From Bacteroidales bacterium (GTDB lineage: Bacteria; Bacteroidota; Bacteroidia; Bacteroidales; VadinHA17), in assembly GCA_046329875.1 (NCBI GenBank), contig JAXLTT010000008.1:62365-126364 (forward strand): a DNA stretch of 64,000 nucleotides, written 5' to 3'. The notes under the pieces are model-generated. The model worked only from the letters and a program-made list of their open reading frames with translations. It was not told the origin of the DNA and did not search any database. The position numbers and the translations under genes are program-made. Of this stretch, positions 48,503-58,022 are shown one piece after another; position 1 is the stretch's first letter; every line of letters starts with the position of its first letter.

Positions 48503-48946
48503 ATGACATTCCGGAATGCGATAGCCCTGAGGGCTGACAAAAGATACCTGATCCTAACTGCAGGTATTATGTGGATGGGGGTAGGGGTGATGCTAATGAC
48601 TTATGCGGAAAACTGGCTTGCAGCATACAGGGGAGAACATGCCTGGCTGTTTTACCTTGCTGGCTTTCTTGCAGCTATGCCGATTCATCATTTCGGCTTC
48701 CTTAAGCTTGCCACAAAAAACCTTAAACGTCTCATGGAGCTGGAAGGGAAGAATTCAATATTTTCATTTATAAAACCAATGAGCTATTTCACAATTATTT
48801 TCATGGTGGCACTTGGTATCACATTAAGGCATTCCTTAATACCAAAACAATGGTTATCAATAATATATAACGGTATTGGCCTCGGCCTGTTCCTCTCGGG
48901 GATCAGGTATGTACGCTATTTTATAATATTACCAGTAAATAATTAA
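48503..48946 (+). CDS. hypothetical membrane protein (4 TM)
   Basis: The in-frame ATG at 48503 comes directly after the YciI stop. The tracked ORF start (48428) overlaps yciI and is unlikely. Confidence 0.55.
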   Translation: MTFRNAIALRADKRYLILTAGIMWMGVGVMLMTYAENWLAAYRGEHAWLFYLAGFLAAMPIHHFGFLKLATKNLKRLMELEGKNSIFSFIKPMSYFTIIFMVALGITLRHSLIPKQWLSIIYNGIGLGLFLSGIRYVRYFIILPVNN

Positions 48947-48986
48947 AGCACCGGGAACAAGAAACATTTAACTAATATAATCAGTT

Positions 48987-49871
48987 ATGAAAAGGTTTAA
49001 TCTTTTGTTTTTAGCTGTATTAATTTCAGCAATCACATTCGGGCAGACAACAGGCAAATCCGACCTGCCATTCAGGTATGATGAAATAACTTCTCCGAAA
49101 TTCCCGTTAGCCGTTGAAAAGTCAGGAGGCGTAGTGGTTGTTCCGATAGGAATCATGGAAAAACACGGGCCACAGCTTCCACTGGGAACAGACCTGTTTG
49201 AGTCGAGGGAAATAGCAACAACAGCAGCATCAAAGGAGTATGTTATCGTATTCCCGCCATATTACTGCGGACAGATATTTGAGGCTAAACACCAGCCAGG
49301 TGCAATCGCCTACAGCCATGAACTGATGTGGAAGATGCTTGAAGAGACCTGTACTGAACTTTCGAGGAATGGCCTCAAAAAGATTATACTACTTAACGGC
49401 CATGGTGGCAATACTAATTTTCTTCAGTATTTCTGCCAGAACCAGCTGGCAGCTCAGAAAGATTATATAGTTGTCCTCTTCCAGCAGGGCCCGGATGCAG
49501 AATATGACAAGCAGATCAGGGCTCTTGAAAAAGCAAAGGTCGATGATCATGCAGGTGAAGGAGAAACATCGATGATGTATTACATAAGGCCGGATCTTGT
49601 TGATGTCAATGCAATAAAAAGCGAATCAGGCCTCAGCCAGGAAAGGCTCAGCCAGATGAAGTATGGCTATACCGGTATATGGTGGTACGCAAAATATCCG
49701 AATCATTATGGAAGCGATGTGGCAGAGCCAAATAAGGAGCTGGGAAGACTTATTGTTGAAAAAGAGGCTAACCAGCTGGCAAGCCTTGTAAAGTACCTGA
49801 AAGCTAACAATACTGTTGAGGAGCTGCAGAACGAATTTTATAAAAGAGCGCAAAACCCGCTAAAGAAATAG
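48987..49871 (+). CDS. creatininase family amidohydrolase with N-terminal signal peptide
   Basis: EKHGPQLPLGTD, NGHGGN and DDHAGEGETS are the creatininase metal-site motifs. Has a signal-like N-terminus. Confidence 0.8.
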   Translation: MKRFNLLFLAVLISAITFGQTTGKSDLPFRYDEITSPKFPLAVEKSGGVVVVPIGIMEKHGPQLPLGTDLFESREIATTAASKEYVIVFPPYYCGQIFEAKHQPGAIAYSHELMWKMLEETCTELSRNGLKKIILLNGHGGNTNFLQYFCQNQLAAQKDYIVVLFQQGPDAEYDKQIRALEKAKVDDHAGEGETSMMYYIRPDLVDVNAIKSESGLSQERLSQMKYGYTGIWWYAKYPNHYGSDVAEPNKELGRLIVEKEANQLASLVKYLKANNTVEELQNEFYKRAQNPLKK

Positions 49872-49884
49872 TCTTCGGGTATTA

Positions 49885-50496
49885 TCACGGGGAGAGTCTT
49901 GACATCTTCCAGCTGCTTTTGACCAGGCTGTAGCAGATCCTGTCGTGCAGCCTGTATTCCCCTTCCTGCCAGAATTCAAACCTGTCGGGAATTATCCTGT
50001 AACCTCCCCAGTGGGGTGGAAGTGGAATTTTACTGCCCCTGAATTTTGCTGACATTGCAGCAACCTCTTCCTCGAGGTATTTTCGCGAAGGAATTTCACT
50101 GCTTTGCCTGCTGGCCCAGGCACCTATCCTGCTTATTCTCGGGCGGGTGGAAAAATATGCATATGAATCTTCCACGCTTATTTTCACCACACTGCCTTCT
50201 ATCCTTACCTGTCTTTCAGACTCAGGCCAGTAAAAGAGCATTGCAGCCCTGCCGGAGGCATTTATCTGCTGCCCCTTCCTGCTCTCGTAGTTTGTAAAAA
50301 AAACAAATCCGTCATTGCTGAAACTTTTCAGCAAAACGGTTCTTGCAGAAATATCCCCTTTCCCGGAAGCCGTTGCAAGGGTGAAGGCTTCAGGATATTT
50401 AACCTGTGTGGCCATTCGTTCGCCAAACCATCGCTCAAATTGCACAAATGGATCTTTTTCCGCGTTCTTTTCTGAAAACCCTGCCCGTTTTGACAT
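49885..50496 (-). CDS. pdxH: pyridoxamine 5'-phosphate oxidase
   Basis: RQVRIEG, the PPHWGGYRI...EFWQ C-terminal signature, and an FMN-binding split barrel. Confidence 0.9.
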   Translation of the reverse strand: MSKRAGFSEKNAEKDPFVQFERWFGERMATQVKYPEAFTLATASGKGDISARTVLLKSFSNDGFVFFTNYESRKGQQINASGRAAMLFYWPESERQVRIEGSVVKISVEDSYAYFSTRPRISRIGAWASRQSSEIPSRKYLEEEVAAMSAKFRGSKIPLPPHWGGYRIIPDRFEFWQEGEYRLHDRICYSLVKSSWKMSRLSP

Positions 50497-50596
50497 CCTG
50501 GATATTAAATATTTATAATCCTAACATATTATGAAAGATAATGTTCTGACCGGGATGGAAATATTTTGATATCTTTCAACATTAAAACTAACTTCT

Positions 50597-52177
50597 ATGA
50601 CCAGATACAGACAATCGCTTAAATTAATTGCAGTGTCATTTATACTGATGATAGCTGCCGCTTCATGTACAGTTAAATCACGATCCGACCTGAGCAGGGA
50701 GAGTGTAATTCCAAAACCTCTTTCAGTTACAGCTACGGGGGATTATTTTAAACTCAAGCCCTCCTCGGCAATAGGTTACCCTTCGGGCAACGAGGAGATA
50801 AAAGGAATTGCAACGTTTCTTGCTGAAAAGCTCAGGCCTGCCACCGGTTTTGAACTCCAGGTAAAACCTGCAGCAGAGATTAATGGCAAAAACAATATTA
50901 TCCTTTCGGTTCCGGAAGGCGCACAGAAGGCTGGTGATGAGAGCTATGAGCTTGTAATAAGTTCAGACAGGGTAAGCATCACGGCAAACGGCGGGGCGGG
51001 ATTATTTATGGGGGTTCAGACCCTGCGACAGCTTTTCCCTCCATCAATTGAGCTGCCAGCTGTACAGCAGGCAGAATGGGAGATAGCAACAGGAACCATT
51101 AAAGATGCACCAGAATATTCATACAGGGGCGCCATGCTCGATGTCGCTCGTCATTTCTTCCAGGTTGCCGAGGTGAAAAAGTATATCGACGAGATATCAT
51201 ATTATAAAATGAACTACCTCCATCTTCACCTGTCAGACGACCAGGGCTGGAGGATAGAGATCAAGTCGTGGCCAAACCTTACAGCACACGGAAGTCTTAC
51301 CCAGGTTGGTGGCGGCAAAGGTGGCTTTTATACACAGGAAGAATATTCGGATATAGTAAAATATGCTGCAGAAAGATATGTTACAATTGTTCCTGAGATT
51401 GACATGCCGGGTCATACAGGGGCGGCGCTTGCCTCGTATGGCGAACTGAACTGCAATGGAAAGGCAAGAGAACTCTACACGGGAACTGAAGTCGGTTTAA
51501 CCACATTCTGCACCAAAAAGCCGGTAGTTTTCAAGTTTATTGAAGATGTAGTAAAGGAAATCAGCTCCCTGTCTCCCGGTCCTTTTTTTCACATAGGTGG
51601 CGATGAATCACATTCCACTAAAAAGGAGGATTATATTCCTTTTATGGAAAAAGTACAGGATATTGTTATTTCAAACGCGAAAATTCCGCTTGCATGGGAT
51701 GAGATAGCAATAACAAAACTTAGGGCTGGCACTGTTGCCCAGGACTGGGCAAGTGTAAAAAATGCTGCAGAGGCAGTCTCTAAGGGAGCCAAACTGCTTA
51801 TGTCGCCGGCAAACAAGGCCTATCTTGATATGCAGTACGATACTGCCTCGAAATTCGGACTTCACTGGGCTGCATATATTGAAGTAGACAGTGGATATAT
51901 CTGGGATCCGGCAAAGATCATTCCCGGTGTCGGAAAGGAAAATATAATAGGAGTCGAGGCTCCGCTGTGGTCAGAGACAATAACTAATATTGACGAGATT
52001 GAATACCTTGCTTTCCCAAGGCTGCCGGGAATAGCTGAGATTGGATGGACCCCTGCGTCACTCAGGGACTGGAATGAATATAAAAACAGGCTTGCAAAAC
52101 ACGGGGAAAAGATGAAGAATATGGGCATCGATTTTTATCCCTCGAAGCTTGTTCCCTGGGATACTGTTGCGAAATAA
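50597..52177 (+). CDS. beta-N-acetylhexosaminidase (GH20) lipoprotein
   Basis: Lipobox AAAS-C. LHLHLSDDQGWRIE and the catalytic HIGGDE. Confidence 0.9.
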   Translation: MTRYRQSLKLIAVSFILMIAAASCTVKSRSDLSRESVIPKPLSVTATGDYFKLKPSSAIGYPSGNEEIKGIATFLAEKLRPATGFELQVKPAAEINGKNNIILSVPEGAQKAGDESYELVISSDRVSITANGGAGLFMGVQTLRQLFPPSIELPAVQQAEWEIATGTIKDAPEYSYRGAMLDVARHFFQVAEVKKYIDEISYYKMNYLHLHLSDDQGWRIEIKSWPNLTAHGSLTQVGGGKGGFYTQEEYSDIVKYAAERYVTIVPEIDMPGHTGAALASYGELNCNGKARELYTGTEVGLTTFCTKKPVVFKFIEDVVKEISSLSPGPFFHIGGDESHSTKKEDYIPFMEKVQDIVISNAKIPLAWDEIAITKLRAGTVAQDWASVKNAAEAVSKGAKLLMSPANKAYLDMQYDTASKFGLHWAAYIEVDSGYIWDPAKIIPGVGKENIIGVEAPLWSETITNIDEIEYLAFPRLPGIAEIGWTPASLRDWNEYKNRLAKHGEKMKNMGIDFYPSKLVPWDTVAK

Positions 52178-52202
52178 CCTGAACGGATATAACAAAGAAA
52201 GA

Positions 52203-52351
52203 AGCTGTCTAATAAGTACTTAGTGTACCCATAGTGAATACCTTTGAGACCCCTTTGTGGTTAAAGAAACCTTTAACCACAAAGGATCACAAAGTCAGGC
52301 ACTAAGTATAACAAAGTATAATAAGCCCGATGCACTGCTTTTGAGACAGCC
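52203..52351. repeat. heptad-array palindromic (REP-like) element, probable bidirectional terminator, copy 2
   Basis: Left arm: CTTAGTG, CATAGTG, CTTTGAG, CTTTGTG at 52219, 52230, 52242, 52253. Right arm: CACAAAG x2, CACTAAG, AACAAAG at 52278, 52288, 52300, 52310. Perfect 15-bp core stem 52252-52266 / 52271-52285. Outer inverted repeat AGCTGTCT / AGACAGCC. Lies between convergent GH20 and tolC. Confidence 0.7.
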
Positions 52352-52362
52352 TGTTTTTATTA

Positions 52363-53658
52363 TTACTGGTTAAGATCCCATATTCCTGAAGCCTTTTCAA
52401 GATTTATCAGTGCCACTGTATAGTCGAACAGTGCCTCAATATGATTCATCCTTAATTCGGCGTAGCTTCTTTGAGCATTAAGGACTTCCACCAGACCGGT
52501 TTCTCCTTTCTGGTAGGATATTATCCGGCCTTTTAAGATTTTCTCTGCATCGTCAATTATGCCAGTCTTATAAAGTGACACTTTCTGTAATTGCGAAACG
52601 TAATTTGAATAGGCAGACATTACTTCAGATATTATCTGGAGTTCAGTTTCCCTTCCTTTTATTTCGCTCTGCCTGACAGAGTATTCTGCGGCTTTTATTT
52701 CACCCCTGTTCAGTGAGGAGAACTTCAGTGGAAGACCTATACCTGCAGATACAGAGTTATAAGCCGGTGCAGGGGCAATACCATTCTTCGATTCAGTGTT
52801 GTGATAAAAACCTGCCTCAAGCACAATATCCGGAGCCCTTTCAGCTTTAAGGACAGCAAGGCTCCTGTCGGAAAGCTCCCTGTTTTTTATTGCAGCCAGC
52901 AGATCTGACCTGTTTTTCAGGGCGCTGCTTATCAGATCCTGTAGCGTGAAAGCTCTTCCCGTGGACGGGAAGTCATCGGCAGGGAAACTAAGGGTGTCTT
53001 TTATCTGCCTGCCCTGGAGTACAGACAGTGAAATGAGTGCGTTTTCAAGGTCTGCATCAGCCTGGTACAGGTTGCCCATTACTGTTTTTGCCTCGATAGA
53101 CGACTGCATCGCATCAAGTCGGTTTGCTTCTCCCGCGAGCAACCTGAGGCTGTCGGCTGCGGCAAGTTTCCTGGCTTCCTCATAGATCTCTTTCTGAAGT
53201 TTATTCAGGTAATTGTTCCTGACAGCATTGAAATAATATATAGCAGCTTCGGCATGCAGATTCTGGAAAAATGCATCAAGGGCAAGACTGGCAAGTTCAG
53301 ACTTCGACCTGGCAAGCTGAATTCCTGCACCTCTTTTGTTACCCAGGTTTAATTGGTAGGATAAACCTCCGCCATAAGAGAGACCCATGGCCAGTTTCCT
53401 GTCCTGGTTATCGGTATAGCTTCCTGTTATTTCTGGATCAGGAAATATCTTTGACGCTTCAAGTTCTGCTTCAGCAATATCCGCATCCAGATTAGTGGCT
53501 GCGTACCCTAGATTGCCTTTTCCCACCTGCTCAAGAAACAGTGAAAGGGAAACAGGGGTGGTTATATAATTCTGCTTTATCACCTGCGCGTAAGACAGGG
53601 CTGGTGCTATTATCACTGAAAAAGCAAGAAGTGATGTGAGTGAGATTATCTTTTTCAT
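52363..53658 (-). CDS. TolC family outer membrane efflux protein
   Basis: Signal peptide and a duplicated OEP repeat architecture. Last gene of the RND block. Confidence 0.85.
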   Translation of the reverse strand: MKKIISLTSLLAFSVIIAPALSYAQVIKQNYITTPVSLSLFLEQVGKGNLGYAATNLDADIAEAELEASKIFPDPEITGSYTDNQDRKLAMGLSYGGGLSYQLNLGNKRGAGIQLARSKSELASLALDAFFQNLHAEAAIYYFNAVRNNYLNKLQKEIYEEARKLAAADSLRLLAGEANRLDAMQSSIEAKTVMGNLYQADADLENALISLSVLQGRQIKDTLSFPADDFPSTGRAFTLQDLISSALKNRSDLLAAIKNRELSDRSLAVLKAERAPDIVLEAGFYHNTESKNGIAPAPAYNSVSAGIGLPLKFSSLNRGEIKAAEYSVRQSEIKGRETELQIISEVMSAYSNYVSQLQKVSLYKTGIIDDAEKILKGRIISYQKGETGLVEVLNAQRSYAELRMNHIEALFDYTVALINLEKASGIWDLNQ

Positions 53659-53666
53659 AATCAGGT

Positions 53667-56600
53667 CTAAAAACTGTCAGAATTGTTTTTCCTCTGGAAA
53701 TACTCTTCCATAATATAATACAAAGAAGGGAGAGCAAGCAACGTAATAACGGTTCCGAAAGCAAGTCCGTAAACAATCACAGTTGCAAGGGGCCTCTGAA
53801 CATCAGATCCGATATTGTGCGAAAGAGAGGCCGGAATAAGCCCGAAGATTGCCACCGAGGATGTCATAAGAATCTGGCGGAACCTGTGAGCCGATCCGTC
53901 AACAACAGCTTCTTTCAGCGGGACTCCTTCAGAGCGAAGGTGATTTATATGTGATATCATCAGGACACCGTTCATAATATAAACGCCAAAGAGGGCAATA
54001 AACCCGACAGCTGATGAGACATTGAATGTCATCGCGGTAATATTGAGGGCTATCATCCCCCCGAAGACGGAGAGAGGCAGGATGCCCATCTGCAGCCAGG
54101 CCTGCCTGAAATTTCCAAAACTCCAGAAAAGAAGAAGGAACATCAGTGCAAGGGCAAGAGGCACTATTAACATAAGGCGAGCGTAAGCCCTCTTCTGGTT
54201 ATCGAACTGGCCGCTCCATTTAAGACTGAACGCTTCATGATCGTAACTCATATTCTTTTCAATAGCCGACCTTGCTTCATTCATGAATGATGTTATATCC
54301 CGGTTTCTAAGGTTTATTCTTACTGTAAGAAATCTCTTATTTGCTTCCCTGTTTATAATACCGGGGCCGGTGGTTGTCCTGACCTCGGCTATCTGCGACA
54401 GGGGTATTTTAGCTCCTGTGGATGTGGTTAACAGCAAAGAAGCAATTTTCTCAGGCGTCTGCCTTGATTGCTCATTATACCTGCAAATAACATCGTAGAC
54501 TTTATTTCCTATGAACACCCTGGAGATTGCTTTACCCCCAATAGCAACTTCTATCAGTTCCGATACATCTGATACATTAAGGCCATAGAGAGCGATCTTA
54601 TCCCTGTCGGCATGTATCTCCAGCTGTGGCAGAGGTGGTTCCTGTTCGATATTCACATCACCAGCCCCTTTTATATCTTTGATTGTTGAAACTATCTTTT
54701 CAGCAATCTCTCTTGCATCTTTCTGATTCTCACCAATAACCTTAATGGCAAGGTCGCTGTGCGACCCGGCTATCTGGTCCATAACCATATCGATAATGGG
54801 CTGTGAGAAACCCACGCTATACCCGGGAAGTCTTGCTATATCGGCAGACAGTTCATTTATAAGGTCGCTTTTTCTCTTTCCATGTTTCCATTCCTTGTAT
54901 GGGACAAGCCCGATACAGCATTCGGCATGTGATGTCGAGAAAGGGTCGGCACCTTCATCATCCCGCCCGACCTGGGTTGTTATATACCTGATCTCCCCGA
55001 ATTTCATTATATGCTTACGCAGGGTATCCGCCATACTCTTTGATTTCTCCAGGGTTGATCCGGGAGGAAGCTGTACCTGCAGCCACAGGGATCCTTCATC
55101 AAGCGACGGGAGGAAATCCTTGCCAACCGTGATTGACAGGATTATTGTCAGGAACAGGATAACAGCAAGTGGAGAGAATACCTTCCGCGGTGAATTCAGG
55201 ATTCGGGTGGTATAGTTCTTATATCTTACTGAAAGTGAATCGAGCCACTTATTGTGATATACTTTCTGTGGTTTATAATATATAAAATATGCTATACCTG
55301 GTATAAGCAGGAGGGCGACAAGAAGTGCTCCAATAATAGCATACCCCACAGTGAATGCCATTGGCGTGAACATTTTCTTCTCAATCCGTTCGAATGTAAA
55401 CAGAGGAAGATAAGCCATCACTATTATCAGCATTGAGAAGAAAACGGGTTTCCCCATTTCAGCGCAATGTCTGACAATATCGTCAGGCTTAAGGAACTCC
55501 CCGGGCGAACGCTCCCGTTGCCTGAGAACTGTCTCAAGCATCACTATTGCCCCCTCAACGATTATTCCAAAATCAATGGCACCAAGCGAAAGGAGGTTCG
55601 CCTGTATATTGGTGAAATGCATAAAGATGAAGGCGATAAGGAGCGAAAGGGGTATTGTAACCGCTATGACAAGTGCACTTCGCCAGCTTCCAAGGAAAAT
55701 AATAAGAATTGCCATTACAAGAAGTACCCCGAACAGCAGGGTATGGGATACTGTGTTAAGTGTTGCATCGACGAGCTGCGTCCGGTCGAGGATAATCCTT
55801 ATCCTTGCATCGCCAGGCAGTATTTCCCTGTTAAGCTCTTCAATAGCAGAGTGAACATTATCGAGCACCTGTGACGGGTTTTCATACCTGAGAAGCTGTA
55901 CAATACCTTCAACACTTTCGGAGTAATCACTCTTCCTGTCTGTATATCCAAAGACCCCTTTTCTTTCAAGGGTACCATACTTCAGAACGCCAAGGTCGTT
56001 AAGATAGACAGGAATCCCGTCGGCAGTCTTCACAACAATTTTTCCAAGGTCGTCGAGGTCTTTAATCAACCCGACGCCTCTTATGATATACGTAAGATCA
56101 CCACGGGAGATCATACTTCCCCCGGAATTCACGTTATTCTTGTTTATCCTGTCAACAACATCGCCAAGAGCGATATTGAATTTCTCAAGTTTCCTGGGGT
56201 CTATTTCTATCTGGTACTGAGTTGTGATCCCCCCGAAATTCTGAACATCGGCAACCCCCATAACCTGTTTCAGCCTGGGTATTATCACCCACTTCTGAAT
56301 ATCTGTGAGTTCCCGCAGTGAATATTTCCTGCTTTCAATAATATACCTGCATACCTCACCGGTCGGAGAAGTAAGCGGGTTTAGCTCAGGCCTGGCGCTA
56401 TATGGAAGATCGAGACCGTTTATCTTTTCCTGGACTCGCTGACGCGCCCAGTAGTCGTCGACTCCATCCTTGAAAACAAGTAGTATTGTCGATATACTGA
56501 AAAGGTTTTTACTGCGCATTGTCTGCAGTCCGGGAAGCCCGTTTAATTCCCTTTCGATGGGAATAGTTATCTGTTGCTCTATTTCCTCGGCTGCGAGACC

Positions 56601-56759
56601 GGGTACCTGGGTGACAACCTGGACAGTTACATCAGCAATATCGGGATAGGCGTCAATAGGAAGCTGGAACCAGGAATAAACCCCTATGGCAGCCACCAGT
56701 AAAAAACATGTGGCAATGAGCAACCGCCTGTGTATAAAAAGTCTGAATAATTTCTCCAT
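53667..56759 (-). CDS. efflux RND transporter permease, CusA/CzcA heavy-metal-efflux-like
   Basis: 1030 aa, 12-TM RND layout. The N-terminus LPIDAYPDI.D..V.V and the TM4 motif AIDFGIIVEGAIVMLET resemble CzcA (DFGIIIDGAVVIVEN). Confidence 0.85.
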   Translation of the reverse strand: MEKLFRLFIHRRLLIATCFLLVAAIGVYSWFQLPIDAYPDIADVTVQVVTQVPGLAAEEIEQQITIPIERELNGLPGLQTMRSKNLFSISTILLVFKDGVDDYWARQRVQEKINGLDLPYSARPELNPLTSPTGEVCRYIIESRKYSLRELTDIQKWVIIPRLKQVMGVADVQNFGGITTQYQIEIDPRKLEKFNIALGDVVDRINKNNVNSGGSMISRGDLTYIIRGVGLIKDLDDLGKIVVKTADGIPVYLNDLGVLKYGTLERKGVFGYTDRKSDYSESVEGIVQLLRYENPSQVLDNVHSAIEELNREILPGDARIRIILDRTQLVDATLNTVSHTLLFGVLLVMAILIIFLGSWRSALVIAVTIPLSLLIAFIFMHFTNIQANLLSLGAIDFGIIVEGAIVMLETVLRQRERSPGEFLKPDDIVRHCAEMGKPVFFSMLIIVMAYLPLFTFERIEKKMFTPMAFTVGYAIIGALLVALLLIPGIAYFIYYKPQKVYHNKWLDSLSVRYKNYTTRILNSPRKVFSPLAVILFLTIILSITVGKDFLPSLDEGSLWLQVQLPPGSTLEKSKSMADTLRKHIMKFGEIRYITTQVGRDDEGADPFSTSHAECCIGLVPYKEWKHGKRKSDLINELSADIARLPGYSVGFSQPIIDMVMDQIAGSHSDLAIKVIGENQKDAREIAEKIVSTIKDIKGAGDVNIEQEPPLPQLEIHADRDKIALYGLNVSDVSELIEVAIGGKAISRVFIGNKVYDVICRYNEQSRQTPEKIASLLLTTSTGAKIPLSQIAEVRTTTGPGIINREANKRFLTVRINLRNRDITSFMNEARSAIEKNMSYDHEAFSLKWSGQFDNQKRAYARLMLIVPLALALMFLLLFWSFGNFRQAWLQMGILPLSVFGGMIALNITAMTFNVSSAVGFIALFGVYIMNGVLMISHINHLRSEGVPLKEAVVDGSAHRFRQILMTSSVAIFGLIPASLSHNIGSDVQRPLATVIVYGLAFGTVITLLALPSLYYIMEEYFQRKNNSDSF

Positions 56760-56770
56760 CTGTATTTCTT

Positions 56771-57886
56771 TTATCTGAGGTAAATTCCACCTTCTGTTAC
56801 TATTGATTCACCTCCTGAGAGACCTTCTCCGACCTTTACCATATTATTTTCTTCCGAGGAAACAGAGACTGTCCTTTTTATAAACCTGCCTCCTTCACTT
56901 TTCATAAATACATAGCTCTTTCCCTCGTCCTGCAGGATAGCGGAGGAGGGGATAAGAATGGCTTTTTCTATCTTGCTGAAGAAATGAACCGTTACGAACA
57001 TTCCAGGCCTGAGGCTTCCAGATGTGTTCACACATTCAATAAAAACCTCTACAGATCTCGTAAGGTCTTCCATTATTTTTCCGATATAAACCACATTACC
57101 CGTGACAGGCTTTCTAGGCTGGCCCTCTGTAAGTACATTTACGCTGTCCTTAAGGGCAATTGAGCCCAGGTCCTTTTCCCTTACATGTGCGACAACCCAT
57201 ACCTTGTCGAGGTTTGCAATTACAACCACAGGTTCTGCATCTGACTTCAGGTACTGACCTATTGTGATCGAATTACTTACAACTTCACCTGAAATTGGCG
57301 ACCTGATTATAAGCGGACTCGAAAAATCCGCACCGGAAGGGTCAACATTGAATATTTTCAGGCCTGCCCCGGCAGTTTCAAAATCTTTTTTTGCCCTTTC
57401 ATATTCAAGCGATGCCTCCTCATATTCACGTTTTGAACTGACACCCTGGTCAAGAAGGTCTTTCTTTCTGTTGAGATTTTTTTCCGCTACATTCATTTCA
57501 TCCTCCGCCTGCCTGAGGTTCCTGACAGCGTCAAAATACTCTGCTGAAGTCATAGAAAATACCTGGGCACCTTTCTGTATCTTTTGTCCGAGATTAACAA
57601 ATGAGGAAATAATCCTTCCATTAAATGGTGTTGAGATCTGTGCCATTTGACCTGCCTCTGTCCTGACGACACCGGTAGTTGTGTATTGATGCCAGTAATC
57701 TTTTGCCATCACAACCGCTATTTGTAATTTGCTTATTGCGGGATCGTTTACGCCGGTCAGTACAGTGTCTCCGGAGCTTCGCATGCCACTGTTGTCTTCA
57801 TTCGCTTTGGCCGAACGACCCTTGCAAGCCGACAATAATGAAGCGGAGACAATAAGTATCAATAAGGGGATAGTTTTATAACACAT
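56771..57886 (-). CDS. efflux RND periplasmic adaptor (MFP) lipoprotein
   Basis: Lipobox LLSA-C. Alpha-hairpin, lipoyl and beta-barrel domains. I prefer the ATG at 57886 (the track starts at 57928). Confidence 0.85.
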   Translation of the reverse strand: MCYKTIPLLILIVSASLLSACKGRSAKANEDNSGMRSSGDTVLTGVNDPAISKLQIAVVMAKDYWHQYTTTGVVRTEAGQMAQISTPFNGRIISSFVNLGQKIQKGAQVFSMTSAEYFDAVRNLRQAEDEMNVAEKNLNRKKDLLDQGVSSKREYEEASLEYERAKKDFETAGAGLKIFNVDPSGADFSSPLIIRSPISGEVVSNSITIGQYLKSDAEPVVVIANLDKVWVVAHVREKDLGSIALKDSVNVLTEGQPRKPVTGNVVYIGKIMEDLTRSVEVFIECVNTSGSLRPGMFVTVHFFSKIEKAILIPSSAILQDEGKSYVFMKSEGGRFIKRTVSVSSEENNMVKVGEGLSGGESIVTEGGIYLR

Positions 57887-57944
57887 AACAAAAAGGTTTA
57901 ATTCGAACAAATCACAACTGCAAAACATGTTCCTGGTGGCGCAG

Positions 57945-57986
57945 AGAAATCAGAAATAAGGCATTACCGGCAGGGGCCGGTAATGC
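57945..57986 (-). terminator. intrinsic terminator/attenuator hairpin between the His-cluster gene and the RND operon
   Basis: GCATTACCGGC, a 4-nt loop, GCCGGTAATGC (57961-57986; perfect 11-bp stem). On the minus strand it is followed by CTTATTTCTGATTTCT. Confidence 0.5.
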
Positions 57987-58022
57987 AGTAAAGTATGACT
58001 GATTAATTTTTCTGCCTGGAGT

